A DNA stretch of 64,000 nt, taken from NCBI GenBank assembly GCA_027493525.1, contig JAOSKN010000004.1:14868-78867 (forward strand), read 5' to 3'. Shown in pieces: positions 46,890-55,635 of this stretch. Under the pieces are notes generated by a model, which saw only the letters and a list, made by a program, of their open reading frames with translations, ran no database searches and had not been told where the DNA came from. Source of the DNA: Planctomycetota bacterium. GTDB lineage: Bacteria > Planctomycetota > SZUA-567 > H5-PLA8. Position 1 is the first letter of the stretch. Every line of letters begins with the position of its first letter. Made by a program: the position numbers and the translations under genes.

Positions 46890-47098
46890 GATTCAAGGAA
46901 CTCCAGGCCGTTGTCCTGAACCGGGACCTTCCCGAGCACAGGCTCCGAAAAGGCGACCTTGGAGCCGTGGTGCGCGTCTACGAGCCGGACGGGCTGGAAG
47001 TCGAATTCGTCAGCGCGTCCGGGAGGACCGCGGAGTTACGGTCATGGACGCCGATACCGACAAGATTGACGAAGCCGTTTTGGCGCTGCTCTATTTGA
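46886..47098 (+). CDS. DUF4926-domain protein
   Basis: (V)RFKELQAVVLNRDLPEHRLRKGDLGAVVRVYEPDGLEVEFVSASGRT is the classic DUF4926 pattern. The C-terminal end is uncertain because it overlaps the next ORF by 55 nt. Confidence 0.7.
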   Translation: MRFKELQAVVLNRDLPEHRLRKGDLGAVVRVYEPDGLEVEFVSASGRTAELRSWTPIPTRLTKPFWRCSI

Positions 47099-47271
47099 CG
47101 CTTCACCACAAAGAAAGAGCTTGGAAGTCCTTCGATTGGGATGCCATGAACCGGCTCCACGAGAAGGGCTTCATCTCCGATCCGGTCAGGAAAGCGAAAT
47201 CCGTTTTCTTGACGCCGGAGGGCCTGCAGGAATCGGAGCGCCTGTTCAAGAAGCTCTTTGCAAAGGACTAA
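47044..47271 (+). CDS. DUF6429-like small protein
   Basis: IDEAVLALLYLTLHHKERAWKSFDWDAMNRLHEKGFISDPVRKAKSVFLTPEG pattern. Confidence 0.65.
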   Translation: MDADTDKIDEAVLALLYLTLHHKERAWKSFDWDAMNRLHEKGFISDPVRKAKSVFLTPEGLQESERLFKKLFAKD

Positions 47272-47309
47272 GAGGCTCTCTAACACCCGGCCCGGGTGGA
47301 AGTGTAGTT

Positions 47310-47354
47310 CACAGATTACAGATCACAGATTACAGATTACAGATTACAGATCAC
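47310..47354. repeat. Heptamer array (ACAGATT/ACAGATC x6), single arm
   Basis: cacagattacagatcacagattacagattacagattacagatcac. Located between convergent genes. Confidence 0.95.
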
Positions 47355-48304
47355 TGATTTCCCCCGTCCACCGGCACCAGAATAAGCCCCCGCGTCGTCC
47401 CGTTCCCCTCGCCGGCCGGGGTCTCGGGGACGAAGGGATTCTCCGCCTGGGTGACGGGCGCTTCCACGGGCGGGGATTCGGCACTCGGCGCGGGCGCTTC
47501 CGGCGGCGGCACGAACGCCGCGACCGGCGCCGGAACGGGCGCGGTCGCCTTCGCGTAGTCCTCGGCCGTGAGCATGAAAAACCGGTTGTCCGCGGTGAGG
47601 AAGACCACGAAGCGCGCGGCGTCGGTCGCGCCCGGCGTGAGTCCGAATTCGCGCTTCGGATCGACGCAGCCCAGGATCAGCGTCCGGTCGTCCGGCTGCG
47701 CTTGCCCCTTCAGGACCTTTTCGATGGCCAGCGTCAGGCGGTGCTGGTTCGCGCCCTGCTCCAGGCCCTGCACGCGCATCGTCCACACGTCGTCGGCCTG
47801 CGCGAAATGCCCCGCCGTCCCGTCCTCGAACTGGCTGAGGTGCGAAAGCCCCAGGCTCGGGAAGAGCCGCAGCCGCGGATTCGGCTCGCTCGCCACGACG
47901 GGCCGCTCGGTCTTCGCCGGCGCGGGCTCCTTCGGCGCGACAGGTTCTTTCACCGGGGCGGGCTGAGGGGCCTCGGCGGGTTGCGCGGGCGCCGTGCTCG
48001 TCTTCGCCGGCGCGGCCTCGGTTTGCGGCTTGGACACCGGCGCCGCGGTCGGAGGCGCCCCGCGCCCGAGCAGCACGAACGCCGCCAGCCCCACCGTCGC
48101 GGCCAGCGCCAGCCCCGCCAGCACCAGCGGCGTGGCGCTCGTCTTCGGCGCCGCCGCGAACCGCTCGCGCCCGTCCTCGCGGTCCAGCCGCTCGCGGCGG
48201 CCGGCGCGCGGCGCGCGCGTCTTGCGCACCGGCTCGTGACGGCGCAAGCCGCCCTGGCGCGGCAGGCGGTGGTAAACGCGGGAACTGTCGGCGGCGGCGG
48301 GCAT
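47351..48304 (-). CDS. Membrane-anchored Pro/Ala-rich hypothetical protein
   Basis: ATG at 48304 (MPAAADSS...). TM segment TPLVLAGLALAATVGLAAFVLL, a Pro-rich linker, then a globular domain (...FEDGTAGHFAQADDVWTMRVQGLEQG...). No family recognised. Confidence 0.55.
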   Translation of the reverse strand: MPAAADSSRVYHRLPRQGGLRRHEPVRKTRAPRAGRRERLDREDGRERFAAAPKTSATPLVLAGLALAATVGLAAFVLLGRGAPPTAAPVSKPQTEAAPAKTSTAPAQPAEAPQPAPVKEPVAPKEPAPAKTERPVVASEPNPRLRLFPSLGLSHLSQFEDGTAGHFAQADDVWTMRVQGLEQGANQHRLTLAIEKVLKGQAQPDDRTLILGCVDPKREFGLTPGATDAARFVVFLTADNRFFMLTAEDYAKATAPVPAPVAAFVPPPEAPAPSAESPPVEAPVTQAENPFVPETPAGEGNGTTRGLILVPVDGGNQ

Positions 48305-48345
48305 GGCAATCTCGCTTTCTTCTTCGGGCCTCGGACTCTGGCGCT

Positions 48346-48408
48346 GGAACTCGGAACTCGGAACTCGGAACTCGGAACTCGGAACTCGGAACTCGGAACT
48401 CGGAACTA
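48346..48408. repeat. Heptamer array (GGAACTC x9)
   Basis: Read directly. Reverse complement of the AGTTCCG arrays at 12559 and 36712. Confidence 0.95.
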
Positions 48409-48587
48409 CTCTATTTGAGCCTTTCGACGCCCCCGCCATTACGGCCGGATACCGACCTTCAAGCAAACTTCGCTTTCATACACGTTTTGTACGAGGTGCG
48501 CGCGGGCCCCCTCTCCCTCTGGGCGAGGGGCCGGGGGTGAGGGCGGTCACGCTTCGGTCTTCGCTTGCCTCTCAGCGCGGACCGAGC

Positions 48588-49025
48588 TTAGAAGAAGAGG
48601 CGCTCCGCGGACAAAAGAAGCGCGAGAATGCCCGGCAGGATCAAGGTAAACAGCCCCCAGAGCGAACCTCCGGCAATGTAATTAAGCGCGGACAAGCGAG
48701 TCATATTCCCCTTTGCGCGACTTGCTTCGCGATTCAGCATGCCAATGTATCCGCCGGCGAGTTGCCCCAGGGCCATGCCCAGTGCGAGCACCAGCAGCAA
48801 ATCGCGTTGTGACGCGCCAGCTTCCGAGAAGGCGGTCGCGGCGACAAGCTGCGTAGGTACCATGCTCACCACCTGCGCCCAGAGATCGGTGAGCCGGAAC
48901 TGGAAGCGCCACGGCGAGTCGCCGAGCCGTATGCGGTAGCGGTAAATCAGGAGGGCAAATAGCGCGACGGACAGCACGGCCCAGATCGCCGCGAAGAGCA
49001 ACACCCCGACCGTGCGCTGCGCCAT
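48588..49025 (-). CDS. Hypothetical membrane protein (4 TM helices)
   Basis: 145 aa. Hydrophobic segments VGVLLFAAIWAVLSVALFALLI, LLLVLALGMALGQLAGGYI and GGSLWGLFTLILPGILALLL. Confidence 0.55.
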   Translation of the reverse strand: MAQRTVGVLLFAAIWAVLSVALFALLIYRYRIRLGDSPWRFQFRLTDLWAQVVSMVPTQLVAATAFSEAGASQRDLLLVLALGMALGQLAGGYIGMLNREASRAKGNMTRLSALNYIAGGSLWGLFTLILPGILALLLSAERLFF

Positions 49026-49122
49026 GCCCCCATTCTATCCCGGCCCCTACCGCGCGTGACGCGCACTTCCTGTTTACTGTTCACTGCTTACTGATTACTG
49101 TCATGTGCCCCGGAGGGACATC

Positions 49123-50475
49123 ATGCGCCTGACCATCGTCGGAACCGGCTACGTGGGGCTCGTCGCCGGCACCTGCTTCGCCGAATCCGGCCACGACGTG
49201 CTCTGCCTCGACATCGACCAGGCCAAAATCGAGCGGCTAAAGAAGGGCGAACTGACCATCTACGAGCCCGGCCTGCTGGACCTCTTCCAGCGCGGCACGC
49301 GCGAGGGCCGGCTGAACTTCTCGACGTCCTGCGCCGAGGCCGTCCGGCACGCGCGCGTCTTCTTCCTCTGCCTGCCCACGCCGCCCGCCGAAGACGGCTC
49401 GGCCGACGTGAAGTACGTCCTCGGCGCGGTCGCCGGCCTCGCGCGCGAACTCGCCAGGCTCGACGCCGACCCCAACGCCTCGCCCGCGAAGAGTTCCCAT
49501 CAGCTCCGCGTGCCGCTCTTCGTCTGCAAGAGCACCGTCCCGGTCGGCACCTCCGCGAAGGTCCGCGCTGCCGTCGCCGCCGCCTACCCCGGGCCCTTCG
49601 CCGTCGCCAGCAACCCCGAGTTCTTGAAGGAAGGCGCGGCCGTCGAGGACTTCCTCAAGCCCGACCGCGTCGTCATCGGCGCCGACGAGCCCGCCGCCGC
49701 CAAGACCCTGGAGGCGCTCTACGAGCCCTTCTGCCGCTCCGGCGCGCCGATCCTGCAGATGGACCCGGCCAGCGCCGAACTGACCAAGTACGCGGCCAAC
49801 TGTTTCCTCGCCGCGAAGATCAGCTTCATGAACGAGATCGCGCGCCTCTGCGAAGCCACCGGCGCCGACGTCGAACTCGTCCGCAGAGGCATCACCGCCG
49901 ACGCGCGCATCGGCAAGGCCTTCCTCTTCCCGGGCCTCGGCTACGGCGGCTCGTGCTTCCCCAAGGACACCCGCGCCCTCGCCGCCACCGCCCGCGCGCT
50001 GGGGCTGCGCGCCTCCATCGTCGAGGCCGCCGAAGCCGTCAACGACGCGCAGAAGACGATCCTGGTCCCCAAGATCCTCAAGCATCTCGGCCCCAGCCCC
50101 AAGGGCCGCGCGGTCGGCCTCTGGGGCCTGGCCTTCAAGCCCCGCACCGACGACATCCGCGAGGCGCCCGCGCTGGCCATCGTCGAACGGCTTCTCGACG
50201 CGGGCGTCAAGGTCCGCGCCTTCGACCCCGAGGCCATGGCCAACGTCCGCGCGCTCTTCGGGGAACGCATCCACTACGCCAAAAACCCCTACGACGCCCT
50301 CGATGGCGCCGAAGCCCTCGTCCTCGTCACCGAGTGGAACGAGTTCCGCTCGCCCGACTGGGAGCGCGTCAAGCAGCTCCTCAAACGCCCCGCCGTCTTC
50401 GACGGACGCAACCTCTTCGATCCCGCCGAAATGAAGGAACTGGGCTTCGAATACTGGGGTATCGGAAGGAAGTAA
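49123..50475 (+). CDS. ugd: UDP-glucose 6-dehydrogenase
   Basis: IVGTGYVGLVAGTCFAESGHDV. Catalytic motif GYGGSCFPKD. LAFKPRTDDIREAP. Confidence 0.92.
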   Translation: MRLTIVGTGYVGLVAGTCFAESGHDVLCLDIDQAKIERLKKGELTIYEPGLLDLFQRGTREGRLNFSTSCAEAVRHARVFFLCLPTPPAEDGSADVKYVLGAVAGLARELARLDADPNASPAKSSHQLRVPLFVCKSTVPVGTSAKVRAAVAAAYPGPFAVASNPEFLKEGAAVEDFLKPDRVVIGADEPAAAKTLEALYEPFCRSGAPILQMDPASAELTKYAANCFLAAKISFMNEIARLCEATGADVELVRRGITADARIGKAFLFPGLGYGGSCFPKDTRALAATARALGLRASIVEAAEAVNDAQKTILVPKILKHLGPSPKGRAVGLWGLAFKPRTDDIREAPALAIVERLLDAGVKVRAFDPEAMANVRALFGERIHYAKNPYDALDGAEALVLVTEWNEFRSPDWERVKQLLKRPAVFDGRNLFDPAEMKELGFEYWGIGRK

Positions 50476-50488
50476 TTGCGGCCTGCTA

Positions 50489-50604
50489 CCGTAGCGCGGG
50501 CGACTCGCCCGCCGTCGTAGCTGGAGCGCCGGCATCCCTGCCGGCGGGACCGCGAGCATCCTGCTCGCCCTACGTGCCACGGGTCGGCGCAGCCGCCCCG
50601 TGCC
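50489..50604. repeat. Array of four REP-like GC hairpins
   Basis: GCGGGCG-ACT-CGCCCGC, CGCCGGCA-TCCC-TGCCGGCG, GCGAGCA-TCC-TGCTCGC, then the GTGCCACGGGTCGGCGCAGCCGCCCCGTGCC unit. Confidence 0.85.
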
Positions 50605-50674
50605 GAACGGCCTGCGCCCGTACGGCCTTCCACTCGCAAGCGGCTCCGGGTGTTTGGGGAAGACCGCCTGGCGC

Positions 50675-51571
50675 TCAATCCACGCTCACTTCCCACAGAA
50701 TCGGACAGTGGTCCGAAAGCTTTGCCAACTTCCGGCCGTACATCACCTCGCAGCGCGTCAGCCGCCGGGCGAGGGCGGGGGAGAGCCAGACGTAATCGAT
50801 CCGCCCTTCCGGGATGGTGCTGGGGATGGTGTGCCCATCCTCCCGCGGATGCAGCTTGCGGAAGCCGTCGATCCAGCCCTCGCGCCGAAGGTGCGCGATC
50901 ACTTCCGTGCGCACGTCGGCGAAGTCCTTCATCCGCCGCACGCGCACCGGGATCCGCATCCACGCCGTCGGATTCTTCACGTCGCCGTAACCGTACAGCC
51001 CGCTGAGCCCCACGAACTCGAAGCGCGAACGGATCATCGCGTTGCGGTTCAGGTCGAGCTTGTTGCGCAGCTTCAGCCGCACGCCCAGGTACGTGTCGCC
51101 CTCGGCGACGCTGTTCAGGTCGCCGGTCAGCGAGCAGAACCCCGAACGGTAGGGCTTCATCACGCGGGTCAGCGTCCGCATTTCCACCAGCCGCGCTTTC
51201 TCTTCGAACGGATTCAAGTGCGTGTTGAAGAAGTGCCACGTCCGCCCGCCCGGCAGCGGCAGCCGCAGTTCCTGGTAGCCCAGATGGAAAGGGTCCTGGT
51301 CGTCGTGCGCGATGGCTTCGGCGCCGTTCACGCGCGTCAGGATCGCCGGCTGATAGCCGTGCTGCGTCCAATACGGGAAGGCCTGCATCTTCAGCGTGCG
51401 CGCGGCATGGCGCAGGAGTTTCTCCCCGCGCGCGTGCCAGCCGTTGCATTCCTGCAGCGCCACCACGTCCGGGCGCACCGAGCGGATGTGCCGCAGGATG
51501 CCCTCCAGCCGCCCGTCCATGCCGCCCTCAAGCAGGTTCCACGTCAGTACGCGCAGGCGGGAGGTGGGCAT
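50675..51571 (-). CDS. Endonuclease/exonuclease/phosphatase (EEP) family protein
   Basis: LRVLTWNLLEGG, VVALQEC, LTGDLNS and SDHCPI motifs. Confidence 0.8.
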   Translation of the reverse strand: MPTSRLRVLTWNLLEGGMDGRLEGILRHIRSVRPDVVALQECNGWHARGEKLLRHAARTLKMQAFPYWTQHGYQPAILTRVNGAEAIAHDDQDPFHLGYQELRLPLPGGRTWHFFNTHLNPFEEKARLVEMRTLTRVMKPYRSGFCSLTGDLNSVAEGDTYLGVRLKLRNKLDLNRNAMIRSRFEFVGLSGLYGYGDVKNPTAWMRIPVRVRRMKDFADVRTEVIAHLRREGWIDGFRKLHPREDGHTIPSTIPEGRIDYVWLSPALARRLTRCEVMYGRKLAKLSDHCPILWEVSVD

Positions 51572-51651
51572 TTAGGCGCGCTCCGGATCGGGATTCGAGA
51601 TCCGACGATCATGTCCGCGGTCCGCCGCCCGTCAATGCCGTATGATCCGCC

Positions 51652-54600
51652 CTACTTCCCAAAGTCCGCCCGCGGATCGTACCCCGGCGGCCGGAAGCTC
51701 GGGTCGTTCACGATCCAGACCTGCTCCAGCGCGTGCACCTGCCCCTTCTCGATCGTGGGATCGAACGAGAGCTTCAGCGTGTGCTTCCCGGCGGACAGCT
51801 CGAAGACGTCCTGCCCGCCCGCGCCGCCCAGGACCACGCGGTCGCTGAAGACCTTCTCCGCGCCCAGCTTCGGCGGGTTGAACGTGCTGCTCATCTCGCG
51901 CCCCGGCGCGCGCAGCCGCCAGGTCTGCGGCTTCCCGTCGTCGAGCGCCACGCGCAGATGCAGCCGCCCCGTCGCGCCGGGCGCGTAGCGCGCCCAGATC
52001 GCGTATCGCCCGGCCTCGCGAACTTCGAAAGGCAGTTCCAGCGCCTTCCAGTCGGCGTCGTCCGGCTTGGCCTTCTCCGCGGCGGCCTTCGGCGCGAGCA
52101 TCGCCAGCCCGCCGCGCTGCACGGCCTCGAACGCCGCGCCGGCCTGCGCGGGGTCGGGCTTGAGTTCCAGCAGGACCGGCTTTTCCTGTTCGGGAATCTT
52201 GACCGAGACCCGCGCGGCGTCGCCTCTGTTGCCGCGCGTGTCCACCGGAACGAGTTCGTAGACGACCGTGAGGCCGGGCTTCAGGTCCCAATCGCGGAAC
52301 TCCTGCGGCTGCGACGCCAGCGCCGCGCCGAGCGTGTGCTGGTGCGGGCCCGGTGTAGACGCCGCGCGATCCGGCGCCTGCTCGCGGACCTCGACGTACG
52401 CCAGATTCGCGACGGCCGGCGGCGTCCACGTCAGCGTCACCACGCCGCGTTCGTCGCGCGCGGCCTTGGCGTTCGTTACCGGCGGCGGGGGCGCGAAGCG
52501 CTCGTCCACGGAACCCGGCGCGGGCTCGTAATTCGGATCGCCCGTCACGATCAGCGCATCGACGACCTTCTCTTTCGGCAACTCGAAGCGCACGCCGTCG
52601 CCGGCGGCCTCGAAGCCGGCCGCAAGCGCTTCCCAATGCCACGTCCCATCGTCTTTCTGGCAACGCGCGAAGGCCTTCACCTTTCCCGCCGGGACCGCCA
52701 CCCCCTTCCACGTCAACGTGGGTGCCTCCTTCTCCGCCGCCGAGGCCTGCCAATAGTGCGCCGCGCGGCAGCCCGCCGCGTGCCCGTCGAAGCGCAGCCG
52801 CGCCGTGCGGCTCCGCTCGGCCAGCGCCGCCGGCAGATACAGGTTCTCGGGGCTCGCGTCGCCCGGCGCCTTCACGACGGGGCTCAAGAGTCCCTCCAGG
52901 CCGCTCCACTCGCGCATCGCGACCATGAACCGCGTCCGGCCTTCCGCTTTCCCGCTCCAATGCGTCTCCTTGATCGGATCCTTATTCAGCGCCACGAATT
53001 TCTCGTTCGGTTTGGCCCCGTAAATCACATATCCGGCGCACTCCTTGGAACGCGCGGGCGCTTCCCACACGAGCTTCACCTCGCCGCCGGCCGCTTCGAG
53101 CTTCAACCCCCGCACCGGATCGGGCGCGCGCGCCACGACGAAATACACGTCCCCGTCGCCCAACTGATCGCTGACCCACGCCACCTTCGTCGCGTCCGGG
53201 CTGGCCGTCGTGTAGGTGTTCGTCATCCACGAGTTCCGCGAGGTGTAATAGCCGCAGAGCCGCAGCACCGTCGCGCAGTCCTCGCCGTCCACCAGCAGAT
53301 GCTGGCTCGCCACGTCGCCGCCGGTCCCGTTGACCAGCCACCAGCGCCCGCCGTCGACCAGATGCCCGTAATCGGTCGGCAATTCCTCTTTGAAATAGGC
53401 GAAGATCTTCACGAGGTCGCCGGCCTTCCAGTCGGTCAGCCCCGCCGGCTGCACCGTCGTCAGGCCCTCGTAATGCCGCAGCGAGCGCCCGCCTCCTCCG
53501 CCGGCATGGCTTCCGCTCATTTCGTAGCCCAGGCGCGTCTCGTTCGTCTTGAGGTCCAACTCCCAGGACTCGTACGTGTAGCAGTTGTGCCATTGCAGCG
53601 TCGTGTCGTCCTTGGCGAAGCGCACGCCCTTAAGGCGCGTCTTGAGCCGGATCGGCGTGATGCGCTTTTCCGGTTCGGCCTCGGGATCGAGGAGCCACAC
53701 GTTCGGCGTCCCGCGCAGCCCCACGACGGCCCGCTCGCCGTGCTCCGCCGGCGCCAGTTCGCGCACGTCCCATTTCCCGTCGCACGCGAGCTTGCCCCAT
53801 TCGCGCTCCTCGCCCGTCGCCGCGTCGAAGCGGTAGAAAACGAAATCCGCCTCCGGCTTGCGCCACTGCACGCGGTAGCCGTAGGTGACGTTCTCGAATT
53901 TCCGGCTGGGCCATTGCCCGTGATAGTCGGGCAGCGCCTTGGTCTCCGCGCCGCCGGCCGTGGGCTGCCAGCGCCCGGCGAAGTGATCGAAGACCTTTCG
54001 CCCGTCCAGCCCGCCGGCCGTGCGGAAGTAGCGCCCTTCGCGCGTCCAGCCCAGTTTCGTGTCGCCGGCGCTGAAGGCCTGGTCGCCCGGCTGGCACGTC
54101 AGCCGCCAGACGAGCCCCCCGCTGAGCGTGTCGCGGTAGGCGGCGAGCTGACCCTCGGCCTCCGGCAGCCGCGAGCGCCCCGCGCGCGCGTTCAGCGCCT
54201 CCAGCCCGTGATACGGCTTCGCCGTCCGGTTCCACTTCGGATACGCCACCGGCGGCGGCAGCAGCGCCGCGCGCTCTTCCTCGTTCAGCTCGCTTAAAAA
54301 ACGGATCGAATCGAACGTGCACGCGCCCGAGGTGTTCAGGAACTCCAGCGTCAGCACCAGGTCCCGCGTCTCGCCGTACGGCGAGTTCTTCAGGTCGAAG
54401 ACGTGCAGCCCCGTCGTGTAGCAGACCGGGATCCAGCGCCCGCATACGGCCAGCTTGACCATCGTGCCGCGCTCGTCGAGTTTCACCGCGACGTAGCGGT
54501 ACGTATCCAGGTCGATCTTCCGCCCGTAGTTCTTCTTGATCCCGGTGTTCGACTCGAACGGCTTTTCCGGCCACTCCGGCCAGTCCGCGCGCTTCATCTT

Positions 54601-54813
54601 CATGGCGCTGCCCAGCGCCCCGCAGACCGTCTCGAAGCGCACCGTCCCGCCTTCGGCCTTCATCTGCTTCAGCGGCGCGCCGTACGCGACCGCCCAGCCT
54701 TCGGCGCTGTCGAAGGGTTCCTCGAACCCCACGCGCCCCTCGCCGGCCGTAGCGCCCAGCGCAAGCCCAATCGACAACCCAAGGATACTGAACAAGTTAA
54801 GGGTGGGGGACAT
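51652..54813 (-). CDS. Large secreted protein (about 1054 aa), beta-propeller-like core plus Fn3/CBM-like C-terminal modules; function unknown
   Basis: Signal peptide MSPTLNLFSILGLSIGLALGATA (ATG 54813). Non-biased composition throughout. TolB/oligogalacturonate-lyase-like segment (...SPDATKVAWVSDQLGDGDVYFVV...). Assignment is tentative. Confidence 0.6.
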   Translation of the reverse strand: MSPTLNLFSILGLSIGLALGATAGEGRVGFEEPFDSAEGWAVAYGAPLKQMKAEGGTVRFETVCGALGSAMKMKRADWPEWPEKPFESNTGIKKNYGRKIDLDTYRYVAVKLDERGTMVKLAVCGRWIPVCYTTGLHVFDLKNSPYGETRDLVLTLEFLNTSGACTFDSIRFLSELNEEERAALLPPPVAYPKWNRTAKPYHGLEALNARAGRSRLPEAEGQLAAYRDTLSGGLVWRLTCQPGDQAFSAGDTKLGWTREGRYFRTAGGLDGRKVFDHFAGRWQPTAGGAETKALPDYHGQWPSRKFENVTYGYRVQWRKPEADFVFYRFDAATGEEREWGKLACDGKWDVRELAPAEHGERAVVGLRGTPNVWLLDPEAEPEKRITPIRLKTRLKGVRFAKDDTTLQWHNCYTYESWELDLKTNETRLGYEMSGSHAGGGGGRSLRHYEGLTTVQPAGLTDWKAGDLVKIFAYFKEELPTDYGHLVDGGRWWLVNGTGGDVASQHLLVDGEDCATVLRLCGYYTSRNSWMTNTYTTASPDATKVAWVSDQLGDGDVYFVVARAPDPVRGLKLEAAGGEVKLVWEAPARSKECAGYVIYGAKPNEKFVALNKDPIKETHWSGKAEGRTRFMVAMREWSGLEGLLSPVVKAPGDASPENLYLPAALAERSRTARLRFDGHAAGCRAAHYWQASAAEKEAPTLTWKGVAVPAGKVKAFARCQKDDGTWHWEALAAGFEAAGDGVRFELPKEKVVDALIVTGDPNYEPAPGSVDERFAPPPPVTNAKAARDERGVVTLTWTPPAVANLAYVEVREQAPDRAASTPGPHQHTLGAALASQPQEFRDWDLKPGLTVVYELVPVDTRGNRGDAARVSVKIPEQEKPVLLELKPDPAQAGAAFEAVQRGGLAMLAPKAAAEKAKPDDADWKALELPFEVREAGRYAIWARYAPGATGRLHLRVALDDGKPQTWRLRAPGREMSSTFNPPKLGAEKVFSDRVVLGGAGGQDVFELSAGKHTLKLSFDPTIEKGQVHALEQVWIVNDPSFRPPGYDPRADFGK

Positions 54814-54944
54814 GGCCGCTCCTATCTGCATACATGCAGTCATGAAATTGCCTACACCGGGAGGGCGGGGTCGTAGGAGCAAATTCTACGCGCTCCATAG
54901 GGTGGGCTTGATTATAATATCATCACATGATATCTAGTGGGGGT

Positions 54945-55208
54945 ATGAACAGCAAGGCCCGCAGAACCTTGGCGGAGATTTTCGAGGACCCCGTAAGAGG
55001 CGATGTGCGCTGGGACGCGGTCGAAGTCCTGTTGAAACGTCTGGGCGCGACGATTACCGAAGGTCGAGGATCGCGGGTCAGGGTCGCGCTGAACGGCGTC
55101 CGCGCCGTCTTTCACCGGCCGCATCCTCAACCCACCGCGGATAAGGGCGCGCTGAAGTCGGTGCGTTTGTTTCTCGTGAATGCGGGGATCGGTCCGGCGC
55201 ACGAGTAG
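54945..55208 (+). CDS. hicA: HicA-family toxin
   Basis: MNSKARRTLAEIFEDPVRGDVRWDAVEVLLKRLGATITEGRGSRVRVALNGVRAVFHRPHP matches the long HicA subtype pattern. A TATAAT (54913-54918) and the 7-bp inverted repeat ATATCAT-cac-ATGATAT lie upstream. Confidence 0.75.
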   Translation: MNSKARRTLAEIFEDPVRGDVRWDAVEVLLKRLGATITEGRGSRVRVALNGVRAVFHRPHPQPTADKGALKSVRLFLVNAGIGPAHE

Positions 55209-55219
55209 AGGAAACGAGC

Positions 55220-55573
55220 ATGCTCAAATACAAAGGCTATTACGGCAAGGCGCAGTACGACCCTGAAGCCGGCCTTTTGCACGGCGAGGTTCTAGGGCTG
55301 CGCGACGTGGTCACCTTCCAGGGCAAGAGCGTCGCGGAGATCGAACGCGCCTTCAAGGATTCCGTGGACGACTATCTCGATTTCTGCGCCTCGCGCGGCG
55401 AATCCCCCGAGAAGCCGGTCACCGGGAAGCTGCCGCTGCGGCTTAACCTGGCAACCCATCGCGAGCTCGCGATCTACGCCCGGCTGCATAACGTCAGCCT
55501 GAATGCGGCCATCAACGAATTGCTCGATGCCGCCCTCAACGAACGTTTGAGCGGCCAAGCCGCGCGCAAATAA
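55220..55573 (+). CDS. hicB: HicB-family antitoxin
   Basis: MLKYKGYYGKAQYDPEAGLLHGEVLGLRDVVTFQGKSVAEIERAFKDSVDDYLDFC...GKLPLRL...H. RHH-like C-terminus. Confidence 0.8.
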   Translation: MLKYKGYYGKAQYDPEAGLLHGEVLGLRDVVTFQGKSVAEIERAFKDSVDDYLDFCASRGESPEKPVTGKLPLRLNLATHRELAIYARLHNVSLNAAINELLDAALNERLSGQAARK

Positions 55574-55635
55574 CCCCTTCTCTGTGTGCTCTGCGCCCTC
55601 TGCGGTTGAATCCAGCGCTCCGCGCTCTCTCGAAC

